Virus record (IMG/VR): IMGVR_UViG_3300045988_028709
Location: 1 to 42,008 of that record
Source: a virus
Length of the DNA: 42,008 nt
Reading direction: 5' to 3' (one strand)
The notes beneath the pieces were generated by a model. It was given only the letters and a program-made list of their open reading frames with translations, searched no databases and was not told the DNA's origin. A program made the position numbers and the translations under genes. Positions 9,523 through 17,313 of the stretch are shown here, in pieces; the stretch's first letter is position 1, and every line of letters starts with the position of its first letter.

Positions 9523-11421
9523 CTACGCTCCCAGCATACGGTTCAATTCTTCCTGCTGCTTGGTGCTTAAACTGTCAAAATACTGATTATACAGTTGGAA
9601 CGCTCTGTCTCCGCTGCCTTGTGCAACCAGCGTTTGAATCGAACGCTTCAAATCGCCAAAATTGGGGACATTGCCTGAACCGGCAGCGCTGGGCTGTTCA
9701 TATCCATAGGCGCTTTCCAGATATTCATCGCTATATCCCGCATTGTGGAACGCATCCAGAACATCCTGCGTGAAAATGCCCTGTTTGGCGTTGTCCTTTG
9801 CAACGCTCAACTTCATGCCGCTATCCTCGCGTTTCTTTCCTCCGCTGCTCCCACTGCGTCCGCTCTTCGCCTTTGCCGTCTGCGCGATCTGATACGCCTG
9901 CCGCATGCTTTCGATCTGGCTGTCGGTGTAGCCAAGCGCCTTGTAGCCGGAGAAATCGCCGTAGGACGCCATCATATCCGCCTGCTGCGCCGCCTTGTTC
10001 CACTCGTCCTGAGACATGTTGTAGTCCCATTCCTTCTGCTTCCACTGGTTGGCAAGCGCGTCCTGCGCCTGCTGATAGGCAAAATTCCGGTCCGTGTTCC
10101 ACTGGTTCAGCTTGTCTCCGTACTCACCGTATTCCCGGTCATAGGCGTCGCTCAGCATACCAAGGCTGCTCAGCTTGTCGCTGCGGTCCTGCTGATACAT
10201 TTCTCTGGCAGCCTGCTCCAGCTTGCTCATCCAATCGTTGTATTCCTGATTGGCGACGCTGGCCGCATAGGAGGATGCCAGACCGCCGGTGCGGGAGGAT
10301 ACCTGTCCCAGCAGATCGTTCATGCCCATCTCGCCGTTGGCCGCGTACTGGTCGCGCAGGGCGGAATACTGGTCGCCCTTCTTCCAGTCCGCCAGATTGC
10401 TGTTGAGGATCTGATCGATCAGCGCCCGCATTTCGGAATCGTAGGTATAGTCAAAGCTCGGCCTCCCGGCGTCGCTGGTGTTGAACCCGTTGTTGACCAG
10501 CCCCTGCAGAATGTCCACGTTTCCCACTGTGGGATAGGGGATCTGCTGTCCCGGCGTATAGTCCTTCATAAAGTCCTCGTAGGACTTCACCTGCCCTGCC
10601 GCCTGCGCGAGAGGGGATGTGTCCGTGCCCATCAGATACCGGTAGTAGGCCAGCTCCGCGCTTTCCGGGCTGACGTCCAGCCCCAGCCGCCGCCGCAGAT
10701 CATTCACGGAGGAAAGAGCGCCGCTGTCCGTCACATAGCCGTTCTTGTCGATGGTATAGCCATATCCGGCGCGAATGGCATTTGCCGCCTGGTTTGCCTG
10801 ATCGCCTGTGATCTTCCCCGCCTGCATCTGCGCCCGGATATCCGCAATTTTCTTTCGGTCAGCAGCCGTCAGCATTTCGTTATCCGTCCATGCGCCGTTT
10901 TGGTTATAGCTGCCGTTCCCAGCATTGATATCCTGATGAGGCGTATAATCTGCCACACCCTTTACGGCATTTTTGGCGTATCCGTTCTCATCGTAAAACA
11001 CGGTATATCCGTTGGACACCGCATACCCGCCTGCCAGATCCGGCCTGCGGCTCATGTCCGCACCACCAGTCATTTTCTTCCAGTACCCGGACATATCCGT
11101 GGGCTGCAAATTGGCTGCCCCGTAAATACCCGGCGTGGTATAGCCGCCGGTGCCGTAGCCGGGGCCTTTTACATAAGGCGTCCCACCGGTTGCCGTCTGA
11201 GAGCTGCCGCCGGAAGATCCGCTGTTGCCCCGGTTGCCGGACCCGCCGTTGCCCATAATATCGTTCTTGCCCTGATACGGGTCCTTGCCCCCGTATGTAG
11301 CGTCGATTTTGTTCTGCCGCTCTTGGCGCAGCTTGTCAATCGATTCCTGACTGTCACCTCGCTGCTGTGCCTTTACGATCTCAAGCGAGTAGTCTTTGTT
11401 TTTGTCCCAATACCCTGCCAT
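9523..11421 (-). CDS. Hypothetical virion protein (Gly/Ser linkers, Gln/Tyr/Asp-rich)
   Basis: 632-aa ORF whose ATG overlaps the upstream stop (ATGA at 11421). Low-complexity GGSGNRGNSGSSGGSS and SGRSGSSGG linkers. No family recognised. Directly precedes the giant gene. Confidence 0.7.
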   Translation of the reverse strand: MAGYWDKNKDYSLEIVKAQQRGDSQESIDKLRQERQNKIDATYGGKDPYQGKNDIMGNGGSGNRGNSGSSGGSSQTATGGTPYVKGPGYGTGGYTTPGIYGAANLQPTDMSGYWKKMTGGADMSRRPDLAGGYAVSNGYTVFYDENGYAKNAVKGVADYTPHQDINAGNGSYNQNGAWTDNEMLTAADRKKIADIRAQMQAGKITGDQANQAANAIRAGYGYTIDKNGYVTDSGALSSVNDLRRRLGLDVSPESAELAYYRYLMGTDTSPLAQAAGQVKSYEDFMKDYTPGQQIPYPTVGNVDILQGLVNNGFNTSDAGRPSFDYTYDSEMRALIDQILNSNLADWKKGDQYSALRDQYAANGEMGMNDLLGQVSSRTGGLASSYAASVANQEYNDWMSKLEQAAREMYQQDRSDKLSSLGMLSDAYDREYGEYGDKLNQWNTDRNFAYQQAQDALANQWKQKEWDYNMSQDEWNKAAQQADMMASYGDFSGYKALGYTDSQIESMRQAYQIAQTAKAKSGRSGSSGGKKREDSGMKLSVAKDNAKQGIFTQDVLDAFHNAGYSDEYLESAYGYEQPSAAGSGNVPNFGDLKRSIQTLVAQGSGDRAFQLYNQYFDSLSTKQQEELNRMLGA

Positions 11422-11882
11422 CAGGTGGTCCCTCCTTTTGCTTCCAGCGCTGTGACGCGCTGATCAATATTCTGCACGGTGGCTTGCAGCGCTGTGACCC
11501 GCTGGTCTGTGCTCTGCACGGTGGTTTTAAGCGCAGCGACGTCCGATTGCAGAGTGCCCACGGAGGATTGCAGCGCCGTCACGTTCTGGCTCAATGTCTG
11601 TATGCTGTTATTCAGCCCGGAAACCGTTGTCTCCAAGGTGGTGATCTGCCCCTGCATCGCCGTGACGCTGGACTGCATGGCCTGTACGTTGTTCTGCAGC
11701 GCCGCCACGATCAGCACCATTTCCGCCGTACTGGTTCCCGCCGAGGACAGGGTGCGGGTAAGATTGGAATTGTTGAACTCCAGCCGCTCCCGCATATAGG
11801 AGATATAGTTTTCCAGCGTCCGCAGGCTCCCTGCAGCGTCCTGCGGGTCCAGATGGTTCAATTCCTTGTCGAAAATCGCCAT
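11421..11882 (-). CDS. Coiled-coil fibre-like protein with 14-aa repeats
   Basis: 153-aa ORF with repeated units such as DQRVTALQATVQNI/DQRVTALEAK.. and VTALQSSVGTLQSDVAALKTTVQ. The DNA shows a 42-nt periodicity. Confidence 0.7.
   Translation of the reverse strand: MAIFDKELNHLDPQDAAGSLRTLENYISYMRERLEFNNSNLTRTLSSAGTSTAEMVLIVAALQNNVQAMQSSVTAMQGQITTLETTVSGLNNSIQTLSQNVTALQSSVGTLQSDVAALKTTVQSTDQRVTALQATVQNIDQRVTALEAKGGTT
11445..11612. repeat. Degenerate 42-bp tandem repeats (about 4 units) inside the coiled-coil gene
   Basis: Units start at 11445 and 11487 (cagcgctgtgac.cgctg.tc....tctgcacggtgg). More diverged units follow at 11529 and 11571. Confidence 0.6.
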
Positions 11883-11883
11883 G

Positions 11884-13407
11884 CTACACCTCCGAACCCA
11901 CCCGGAACCGCCGGATCATGCCAAGGATCGCGCACGCGCCCTGCCCAGACAACCGTACCTCGTATTTGTCACACCGTCTTGGCCGTACCGGAAGAAGCTG
12001 CGGGCCTTTCCCGTGAAGGCTTCCGATCTTCTCCCATTTCCCGTTGTCGCACCGTACCTCCGCCTGCATCCACGCCTTTTCTCCCAGCTCAAACCGGAGA
12101 TACAGGGAGGAATATACCTTCTTCCCCTCCATGGTCTCGTAGAAGGGCGTAAACGTGGCGCTCCAGTCAATGATTTCACTGCCCGTGTCCGCATCCAGTG
12201 ACCACAGGGACCCGTCGGAGGACAGCATATAGAGGAAACTGTTGTACCGGCAGAAATCCAGTGCCTCCGTGTCATCCTCTTCCAGCCATACCCCCTGCTG
12301 GGTGTCATACACCAGAAGGTGCCACACGCCGCCGCTTTTGGCGGACATGTAGTAGTTCTTACCGTCCGTCCCGCTGACGGCATCCGTAAACCGCTTGGCT
12401 CCGAACATCTGGGATACCAGAGACGGCGTACCGCCGGAATAGGCGTACACGCCGTCCGGCCCCTTGTAAAAAAGAACGTCATTGATGACCTGCATGCTCT
12501 TGAAGCTCCCCTCCTGCACCCCGGTAATGTCCGAGGTGTAGAGGGCGTATTCCGCAGGGTAGCTGCCCAGAATCTTGTGCAGCAGGTTTTCCTTCCAGAA
12601 AAGCACGGAGGAACTCAGCTTGCAGCACCCGGTAAAATTCCCAGCAGAGCCAACCGCCAGTGCATAGGAATCCGTGGAGATCCCCTGATACACGAAAAAG
12701 TTTTTCGGATCGCCCAAAGAGGACGCGTAAATGGTCTTGTTGGCGTTGCTCACGCCCCAAAGCCGGTTCTCACTTTCGCAGATGAAATCCAGATCCGGGA
12801 TCTTCCGCTCGATTTTCATGGTGCCTGCTTCCGTGCAAGCCGCCAGCGCGTTTGCGGAGAATGTCAGCTTGTCTCCATCCACGGCTTTGATGACGATATC
12901 CTTGTTGTTTTCCTTTTTTGTGGTGCAGCCGGAGATTGTGATTCCGTCCCCGGCAGAGAATTTGGAGGAAAGCCCTGCCCCCGTCATGGTGATGCTGTCG
13001 GTGGTTACAACGGCATTGGCCTTTTCTGCACTGGCTCCCAGCTCGTGCAGCGCGGACGTGTTCAGGTCCAGATATTTCTTGTCCGGCCAGATCACCAGCT
13101 TTGTGTTGACCACGGCAAACTGCTTTTCCCCTGCCGTCACTGTCCCAACCACATTGCCGTCATAGATCAGGCTCGTACCGTCCACCACCACCAGCTTATT
13201 CCATGCAGTAACGGCGGTAGGGGACACATAGTCCCCCACCGGCAGCCGCCGCAGCCGTGTAGACAGATAGGGATACCTGCGGGTAGAGAGGTTCCGGCAG
13301 GCAGAAAAATTCCCATCCGTAAAGTTGTCGGAGAAATTGATCCCCAAAAACTCTACGATCTGCTGTTTCGTTTTCTGCTCTGCGTATTTCAGACTTGGAA
13401 GATACAT
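11884..13407 (-). CDS. Putative tail/virion structural protein (beta-rich, propeller-like repeats)
   Basis: 507-aa ORF in the late operon with repeated beta-strand-rich segments (..LWGVSN.., ..LFYKGPDGVYAYSGG.., ..LYMLSSDGSLWSLD..). Function inferred from context only. Confidence 0.55.
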   Translation of the reverse strand: MYLPSLKYAEQKTKQQIVEFLGINFSDNFTDGNFSACRNLSTRRYPYLSTRLRRLPVGDYVSPTAVTAWNKLVVVDGTSLIYDGNVVGTVTAGEKQFAVVNTKLVIWPDKKYLDLNTSALHELGASAEKANAVVTTDSITMTGAGLSSKFSAGDGITISGCTTKKENNKDIVIKAVDGDKLTFSANALAACTEAGTMKIERKIPDLDFICESENRLWGVSNANKTIYASSLGDPKNFFVYQGISTDSYALAVGSAGNFTGCCKLSSSVLFWKENLLHKILGSYPAEYALYTSDITGVQEGSFKSMQVINDVLFYKGPDGVYAYSGGTPSLVSQMFGAKRFTDAVSGTDGKNYYMSAKSGGVWHLLVYDTQQGVWLEEDDTEALDFCRYNSFLYMLSSDGSLWSLDADTGSEIIDWSATFTPFYETMEGKKVYSSLYLRFELGEKAWMQAEVRCDNGKWEKIGSLHGKGPQLLPVRPRRCDKYEVRLSGQGACAILGMIRRFRVGSEV

Positions 13408-13416
13408 AGCCCCTCC

Positions 13417-13779
13417 TTACATGGTCTTGAACCAATTCCCGTCCGTTGCCGGTCGGTTCGTCCGCCGGTAATAGCTCCGGTATTCCTGCATGGCGCTGTT
13501 GAACACGGCCATGTCATTGGCGTACAGGTCTGTTTCCCGATTGTACAAATCGATCATAGCGATTACATACAGGTGATACAGGCGGTCATACGGATGGGGC
13601 ACCAGCAGCTCCGTTCCGGCGTCCTCCGGCCACGAATAGGCTACCGGGTCCGTTTTCAGCAGCTCCACACTCAGCTGCCCGTCCAATTCAGAAAGCCAGC
13701 CGGTGATCTGCTCATCCGTGTAGAGGTCAGGCCGTACCGCCTGCGTCTGGGCGATGACCTCTGAAATGGTTTTGTTCAT
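13417..13779 (-). CDS. Hypothetical late protein
   Basis: 120-aa ORF tightly packed between the endolysin and the 507-aa gene. No family recognised. Confidence 0.6.
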   Translation of the reverse strand: MNKTISEVIAQTQAVRPDLYTDEQITGWLSELDGQLSVELLKTDPVAYSWPEDAGTELLVPHPYDRLYHLYVIAMIDLYNRETDLYANDMAVFNSAMQEYRSYYRRTNRPATDGNWFKTM

Positions 13780-13788
13780 AGTGTCTCC

Positions 13789-14814
13789 TTATCCGTTCCA
13801 GTCAGATTTGACCTCTCTCACATCAATGTGCGTGAAGCCTTTCTGACTGTATACGCCCACACCGCCCCAGTCTGGCATCAGTTGTCGCGCGTAGGCCGCT
13901 ACCGCTGCCGGTTTCTGCCCCCGCACGGTAATGTCCGCCGCCGTGCCGTAGCAGTGCTGGCTGTGGGCCACGCCGCCGACCTTGGTATTGTACTGCGGCG
14001 TCCGATACCCACTGTTGATGGTCACAGCCGCGCCGAAGTGACTGCGGATGCTCTGTAAAACCATCACCAGCCGGGGCGCCACCAGTACGGCATCGGAGCC
14101 GTCCTTGCAGGCAAATTCTTTCACTTTAAAATGGGTGGACAGCTTCTTGCCGCCGTCCTTCGCCTTGGAATAGGCGTTGATCTCTACCATAGGTTTCTCT
14201 CCTTCCGGCTCACACGCATCCCCGCTTTTCTTTTTCCACACCAGGAAGAACGGAATCACCCGCCCGTCCCCGGTAAAGCCCTTGCCCTCGCTGTCCATGA
14301 AGCAGGTAGACCCGCCGCCGTCCATCATAATGGCGTTGTCCCAGCCGGACGCAGTCAGCAGGTCACGGAGCTGTTCCGGTGTCCGCCGGTCCTTGCTCAC
14401 ATAGTAAGCGAACCGCCCGTTCTTGGTGCCGATGGCCGTCCGAGGGGCGCGGTAGCGCATATCCGCTCCGCAGTGGATGGGGCTGATCTTCTTCCCGCCG
14501 ATGATGAGGTGAACGCACTCCATGTAATTCCGGTCCCCATTGGGCACGGTTTTCACGCCGAAGTCCGCCGGGGTGTCCCAGCTGATGGCCCACGCCCGGT
14601 AATTGGGGGCCTTGTAGACTTTGCCGTCTGCCTTCAAATGGCAGGCCGGTGTCTGATTCCGCAGGAAAATGGAGCCATTGCAGATAGCGTCCCCGCCCGC
14701 CTCCGCCAGCATCTTTTTCAGGTTGGACGTGGTGGAGCGGAGACGCTTTTGGTTGAAATAGATCTTGATGAATTGGAGATCGGAGAGCGGGACGGTGCCC
14801 GCTCTCGTGCTCAT
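13789..14814 (-). CDS. Two-domain endolysin: N-terminal phosphodiester-glycosidase-like (NAGPA/DUF2233-type) plus C-terminal peptidase M15A-like
   Basis: N-terminal half has ..AIMMDGGGSTCF.. typical of the NAGPA-type domain. C-terminal half has F.V.EFACKD....L...L..IR..FG..V.INSGYRTP.YN..VGG...S.H..G.AAD (M15A/YcbK-type Zn peptidase). Immediately follows the holin. Confidence 0.75.
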   Translation of the reverse strand: MSTRAGTVPLSDLQFIKIYFNQKRLRSTTSNLKKMLAEAGGDAICNGSIFLRNQTPACHLKADGKVYKAPNYRAWAISWDTPADFGVKTVPNGDRNYMECVHLIIGGKKISPIHCGADMRYRAPRTAIGTKNGRFAYYVSKDRRTPEQLRDLLTASGWDNAIMMDGGGSTCFMDSEGKGFTGDGRVIPFFLVWKKKSGDACEPEGEKPMVEINAYSKAKDGGKKLSTHFKVKEFACKDGSDAVLVAPRLVMVLQSIRSHFGAAVTINSGYRTPQYNTKVGGVAHSQHCYGTAADITVRGQKPAAVAAYARQLMPDWGGVGVYSQKGFTHIDVREVKSDWNG

Positions 14815-15266
14815 GTGTGAGCCTCCGAATTCTGTTTCCCCTGATCGCTGGCCTGACGAATGGCATCCAGCATATTTTTAATAAAGGCGGGGTAGGGAAC
14901 CCCCATCACTGCCGTATTCTCCAAAATCGACAGCCCCTCGTTTGCGATGAAAAACATACACACTGCGTCCCGCACAAAATCGCTGGATGTGGCCTGATCC
15001 AGTAATGCCCCCATCCATACCAGCGCCAGCATGACGCACTTTTTCGCCAGCCCCTTGAACCCGGCGTCGGAACTCAGCGCCCCGGTGCCGCTCTTGCTGG
15101 ACTTATGCCAGATGGCTGCTACCATCCAGCCGGTGGCGTAGTCCAGCACCATGAAACAGATCAGCACTTTCAGCGCCATATCCCAGCCCCCCAGAGCCTG
15201 GGCGATGGCGGAGCCAGCCGCAGCCAGCACCGCCAACACCGTGTTTTTGATGTGTAAAGCGTTCAT
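14811..15266 (-). CDS. Holin (phage_holin_4_1 / TcdE-like family)
   Basis: AAGGAGG 6 nt before the ATG at 15266. Multi-TM protein with the VLDYATGW...SSK.G..G..KK pattern of this holin family. Overlaps the endolysin start. Confidence 0.8.
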   Translation of the reverse strand: MNALHIKNTVLAVLAAAGSAIAQALGGWDMALKVLICFMVLDYATGWMVAAIWHKSSKSGTGALSSDAGFKGLAKKCVMLALVWMGALLDQATSSDFVRDAVCMFFIANEGLSILENTAVMGVPYPAFIKNMLDAIRQASDQGKQNSEAHT

Positions 15267-15286
15267 TGTGTACCTCCTTTCGGTGG

Positions 15287-15607
15287 TCACACCCGCACGG
15301 CCTTCTCAGGACGACCATCCTCGTCGAAGGTAATACGGTAATGGCCTTCCGGCGTCCAGACCTCCTCCTCGGTGTTGGCCTTAGCAGGGTCACGCCGCAT
15401 GTAATCGTGGAGGTGCTTCACGTCCTCCGGCTCGGTCTCTGCGGGGATAAAGCCCTCGGCCATCTCAGCCTCGGTCCAGTTGGCCACGCCGCCGTCAGGA
15501 TTCAGGTGGAAGTTGGCCCCCGCCTCCTTCAGCTCCTTGTTGATGGCCTCGATGGTCTTGCCGCTCTTGCAGCCCTCGTTGATGATCTCAGCAAACTTCT
15601 TTTCCAT
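15287..15607 (-). CDS. Hypothetical acidic protein
   Basis: Start chosen at MEKKFAEI (15607), 8 nt after AGGGG. 106 aa. No family recognised. Confidence 0.55.
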   Translation of the reverse strand: MEKKFAEIINEGCKSGKTIEAINKELKEAGANFHLNPDGGVANWTEAEMAEGFIPAETEPEDVKHLHDYMRRDPAKANTEEEVWTPEGHYRITFDEDGRPEKAVRV

Positions 15608-15630
15608 AATGTATACCCCTTTCATTTTTT

Positions 15631-15648
15631 CGGTTGAATCTTCAACCG
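15631..15648. promoter_or_regulatory. Perfect 8-bp-arm palindrome CGGTTGAA-TC-TTCAACCG in the divergent region
   Basis: Lies between the - strand start at 15607 and the + strand micro-gene at 15731. On the + strand it is followed by ATTTTAATTT. Could be an operator or an antisense-blocking terminator. Confidence 0.3.
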
Positions 15649-15730
15649 ATTTTAATTTGTTGTTGCCCCACATTCCGACGCGTTTCGACCCGGCCTCTGT
15701 GGTATCATCCCCTCAAAGGAGGTGGTCAAC

Positions 15731-15871
15731 ATGACCGATGCACAGCGCCAAGCCTATGAAGAACTCTACTACATGACCGTAGAACTTCTGGACGAGCTGG
15801 ACGAACTCAAGCGTAAAGTCGTCGCCCAGCAGAACGCGTCGGAAGCCCTGTGGGGCCTGCCGGAGGATTGA
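15731..15871 (+). CDS. 46-aa acidic coiled-coil micro-protein on the opposite strand of the late operon
   Basis: AAGGAGG 8 nt before the ATG at 15731. Translation MTDAQRQAYEELYYMTVELLDELDELKRKVVAQQNASEALWGLPED. Extended -10-like TGGTATCAT upstream and its own terminator downstream. Confidence 0.45.
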   Translation: MTDAQRQAYEELYYMTVELLDELDELKRKVVAQQNASEALWGLPED

Positions 15872-15885
15872 CCTCCGGCTTTTTT
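15859..15885 (+). terminator. Rho-independent terminator of the + strand micro-gene
   Basis: GCCGGAGG (15859-15866) pairs with CCTCCGGC (15872-15879) around loop ATTGA, which contains the TGA stop, followed by TTTTTT (15880-15885). Confidence 0.6.
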
Positions 15886-16588
15886 AAAAGCAGAAGGCAA
15901 AAGATATGCAATACACATCATTCGCACTGATGTAGTCGGCGAGGCCGCTGTTGCGGATTGCGCAGAAACTCGTGTAGTTGCCAATGCGTGGAGAGCGCTG
16001 CCACCAGTAGTTCGCGCTACCGTTGTAATTCTTCACCTTGCTGTTGCCTGCCTTATAGTAGTCATACTGCGTGCCCTCGCCGCTCTTGGAATAGGTGACG
16101 CTGCCGAAAATCTCGATCTCGCTCAGCAGGAATAGCTTGTCCGCCGTGGTGCTGATGGTGGTGCTCCGGGAACCCTCCGAGGTTAGCTTATTCACCTCTT
16201 GGATGCCGTTCTGTACCTCCGTTGGCATCAGGGCAAGGATGGCGGGCAGGTGTGTGCTTCGCATGTCACAGCTCGTCCAGCCGCCGCTGTTGGTGTTGCC
16301 ACCGTTCATCATCTTTCTGTCCGCGTAGCAGTCATGCAGCTGGAAGGTCAGGGGAGCTTTCCCGGAACCGTCGGCATAGTCATCGTGCCCCTTTCCGATA
16401 ATGTCGATAGCATACGCCGTCCCATTGATCGTCATGGGCTTCTGGTTGCCCACCGCCCAAGTAGCGGGGACTTTGTTTTTGTGGCAAGCATCAATGATCT
16501 GCGCCCACGTATTATCCGCAAAGTTCGCCTTGTACGTCACCGGCGCCGTATGCACCTCGCCCTTCCGCAAAAATAAACAGTGTCCCAT
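15884..16588 (-). CDS. Putative receptor-binding/adhesin protein, WWQRSP-motif family (paralog 2)
   Basis: 234 aa. FLLSEIEIFG.., ..YWWQRSP.. and a C-terminal hydrophobic end parallel the upstream paralog. From memory this resembles proteins annotated DUF6273 (unverified). Confidence 0.65.
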   Translation of the reverse strand: MGHCLFLRKGEVHTAPVTYKANFADNTWAQIIDACHKNKVPATWAVGNQKPMTINGTAYAIDIIGKGHDDYADGSGKAPLTFQLHDCYADRKMMNGGNTNSGGWTSCDMRSTHLPAILALMPTEVQNGIQEVNKLTSEGSRSTTISTTADKLFLLSEIEIFGSVTYSKSGEGTQYDYYKAGNSKVKNYNGSANYWWQRSPRIGNYTSFCAIRNSGLADYISANDVYCISFAFCF

Positions 16589-17313
16589 TAGGCAATCACC
16601 ATCCCGTTTTTATTGACCGAGAGTGTAGAGGGAAGAATCAAAGCGGGGCGGATGCCGTTCGAGTAGGATGCGTTGCCGTAGCCGCAGTCGCCAACGGAGT
16701 AGACGTACCACACGCTGCTGGTGCTGAAGGTGCACGGGGAGCGGAGCCACCAGTAGGCGGCCGAGCCGCTCAGGTACGCAACTCGCTTCGAGTCAGCACC
16801 ATTGGTGACGCACGAAGCAAAATAGCTCAGTGCTGCGCCTTCGCCAGAGTCGATATAGGTGTGCTCGTAGTGAACCTCAGGTGCGCTCAGCAAGAAGATC
16901 TTGCAGGGCAAACCGTTTGCTCCCTGCTGCGTCGTACCACCAGAACCGCCGTTCTTGCGATACGGGAGCTTTACCTGCTTGATTGCGCCCTGAATGTTGC
17001 TCTCAAACAGGTTCAGGAACGTGTTGTTCAGGTAGGTGTGGATGTCGCTGCTTTCGTACTTGTTGATATTTCCGCTCTGCCAGACACGGTTCTCGTAGAT
17101 GTTCTTCATCAACAGCCAAGTGCCGTTGCAGGAGCTGTCATACTGGATGGCATTAGTCGATAAAGGGGTACCCTGATTAACGATCAGAAAATCAGTTACG
17201 GTGCCATTCACGCTTAGTCTGACTGTGGAGCCAACTGCAAGTTCCGAAATAGGCGCTCCTACGGTTGGCTCGGTCATGCCCTTACTCGCCCCGCTCAAAA
17301 TCACACGTCCCAT
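16588..17313 (-). CDS. Putative receptor-binding/adhesin protein, WWLRSP-motif family (paralog 1)
   Basis: 241 aa. ..IFLLSAPEV.., ..YWWLRSP.., ..GIRPALILP.. motifs. Start overlaps the fibre gene stop. Confidence 0.65.
   Translation of the reverse strand: MGRVILSGASKGMTEPTVGAPISELAVGSTVRLSVNGTVTDFLIVNQGTPLSTNAIQYDSSCNGTWLLMKNIYENRVWQSGNINKYESSDIHTYLNNTFLNLFESNIQGAIKQVKLPYRKNGGSGGTTQQGANGLPCKIFLLSAPEVHYEHTYIDSGEGAALSYFASCVTNGADSKRVAYLSGSAAYWWLRSPCTFSTSSVWYVYSVGDCGYGNASYSNGIRPALILPSTLSVNKNGMVIA

Noticed and set aside
15769-15984. 71-aa - strand ORF overlapping the micro-gene and the end of the receptor-binding gene
   Set aside because: It has no RBS and a Ser/Ala/Thr-rich low-complexity translation. 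It overlaps a better-supported gene end and the + strand terminator.
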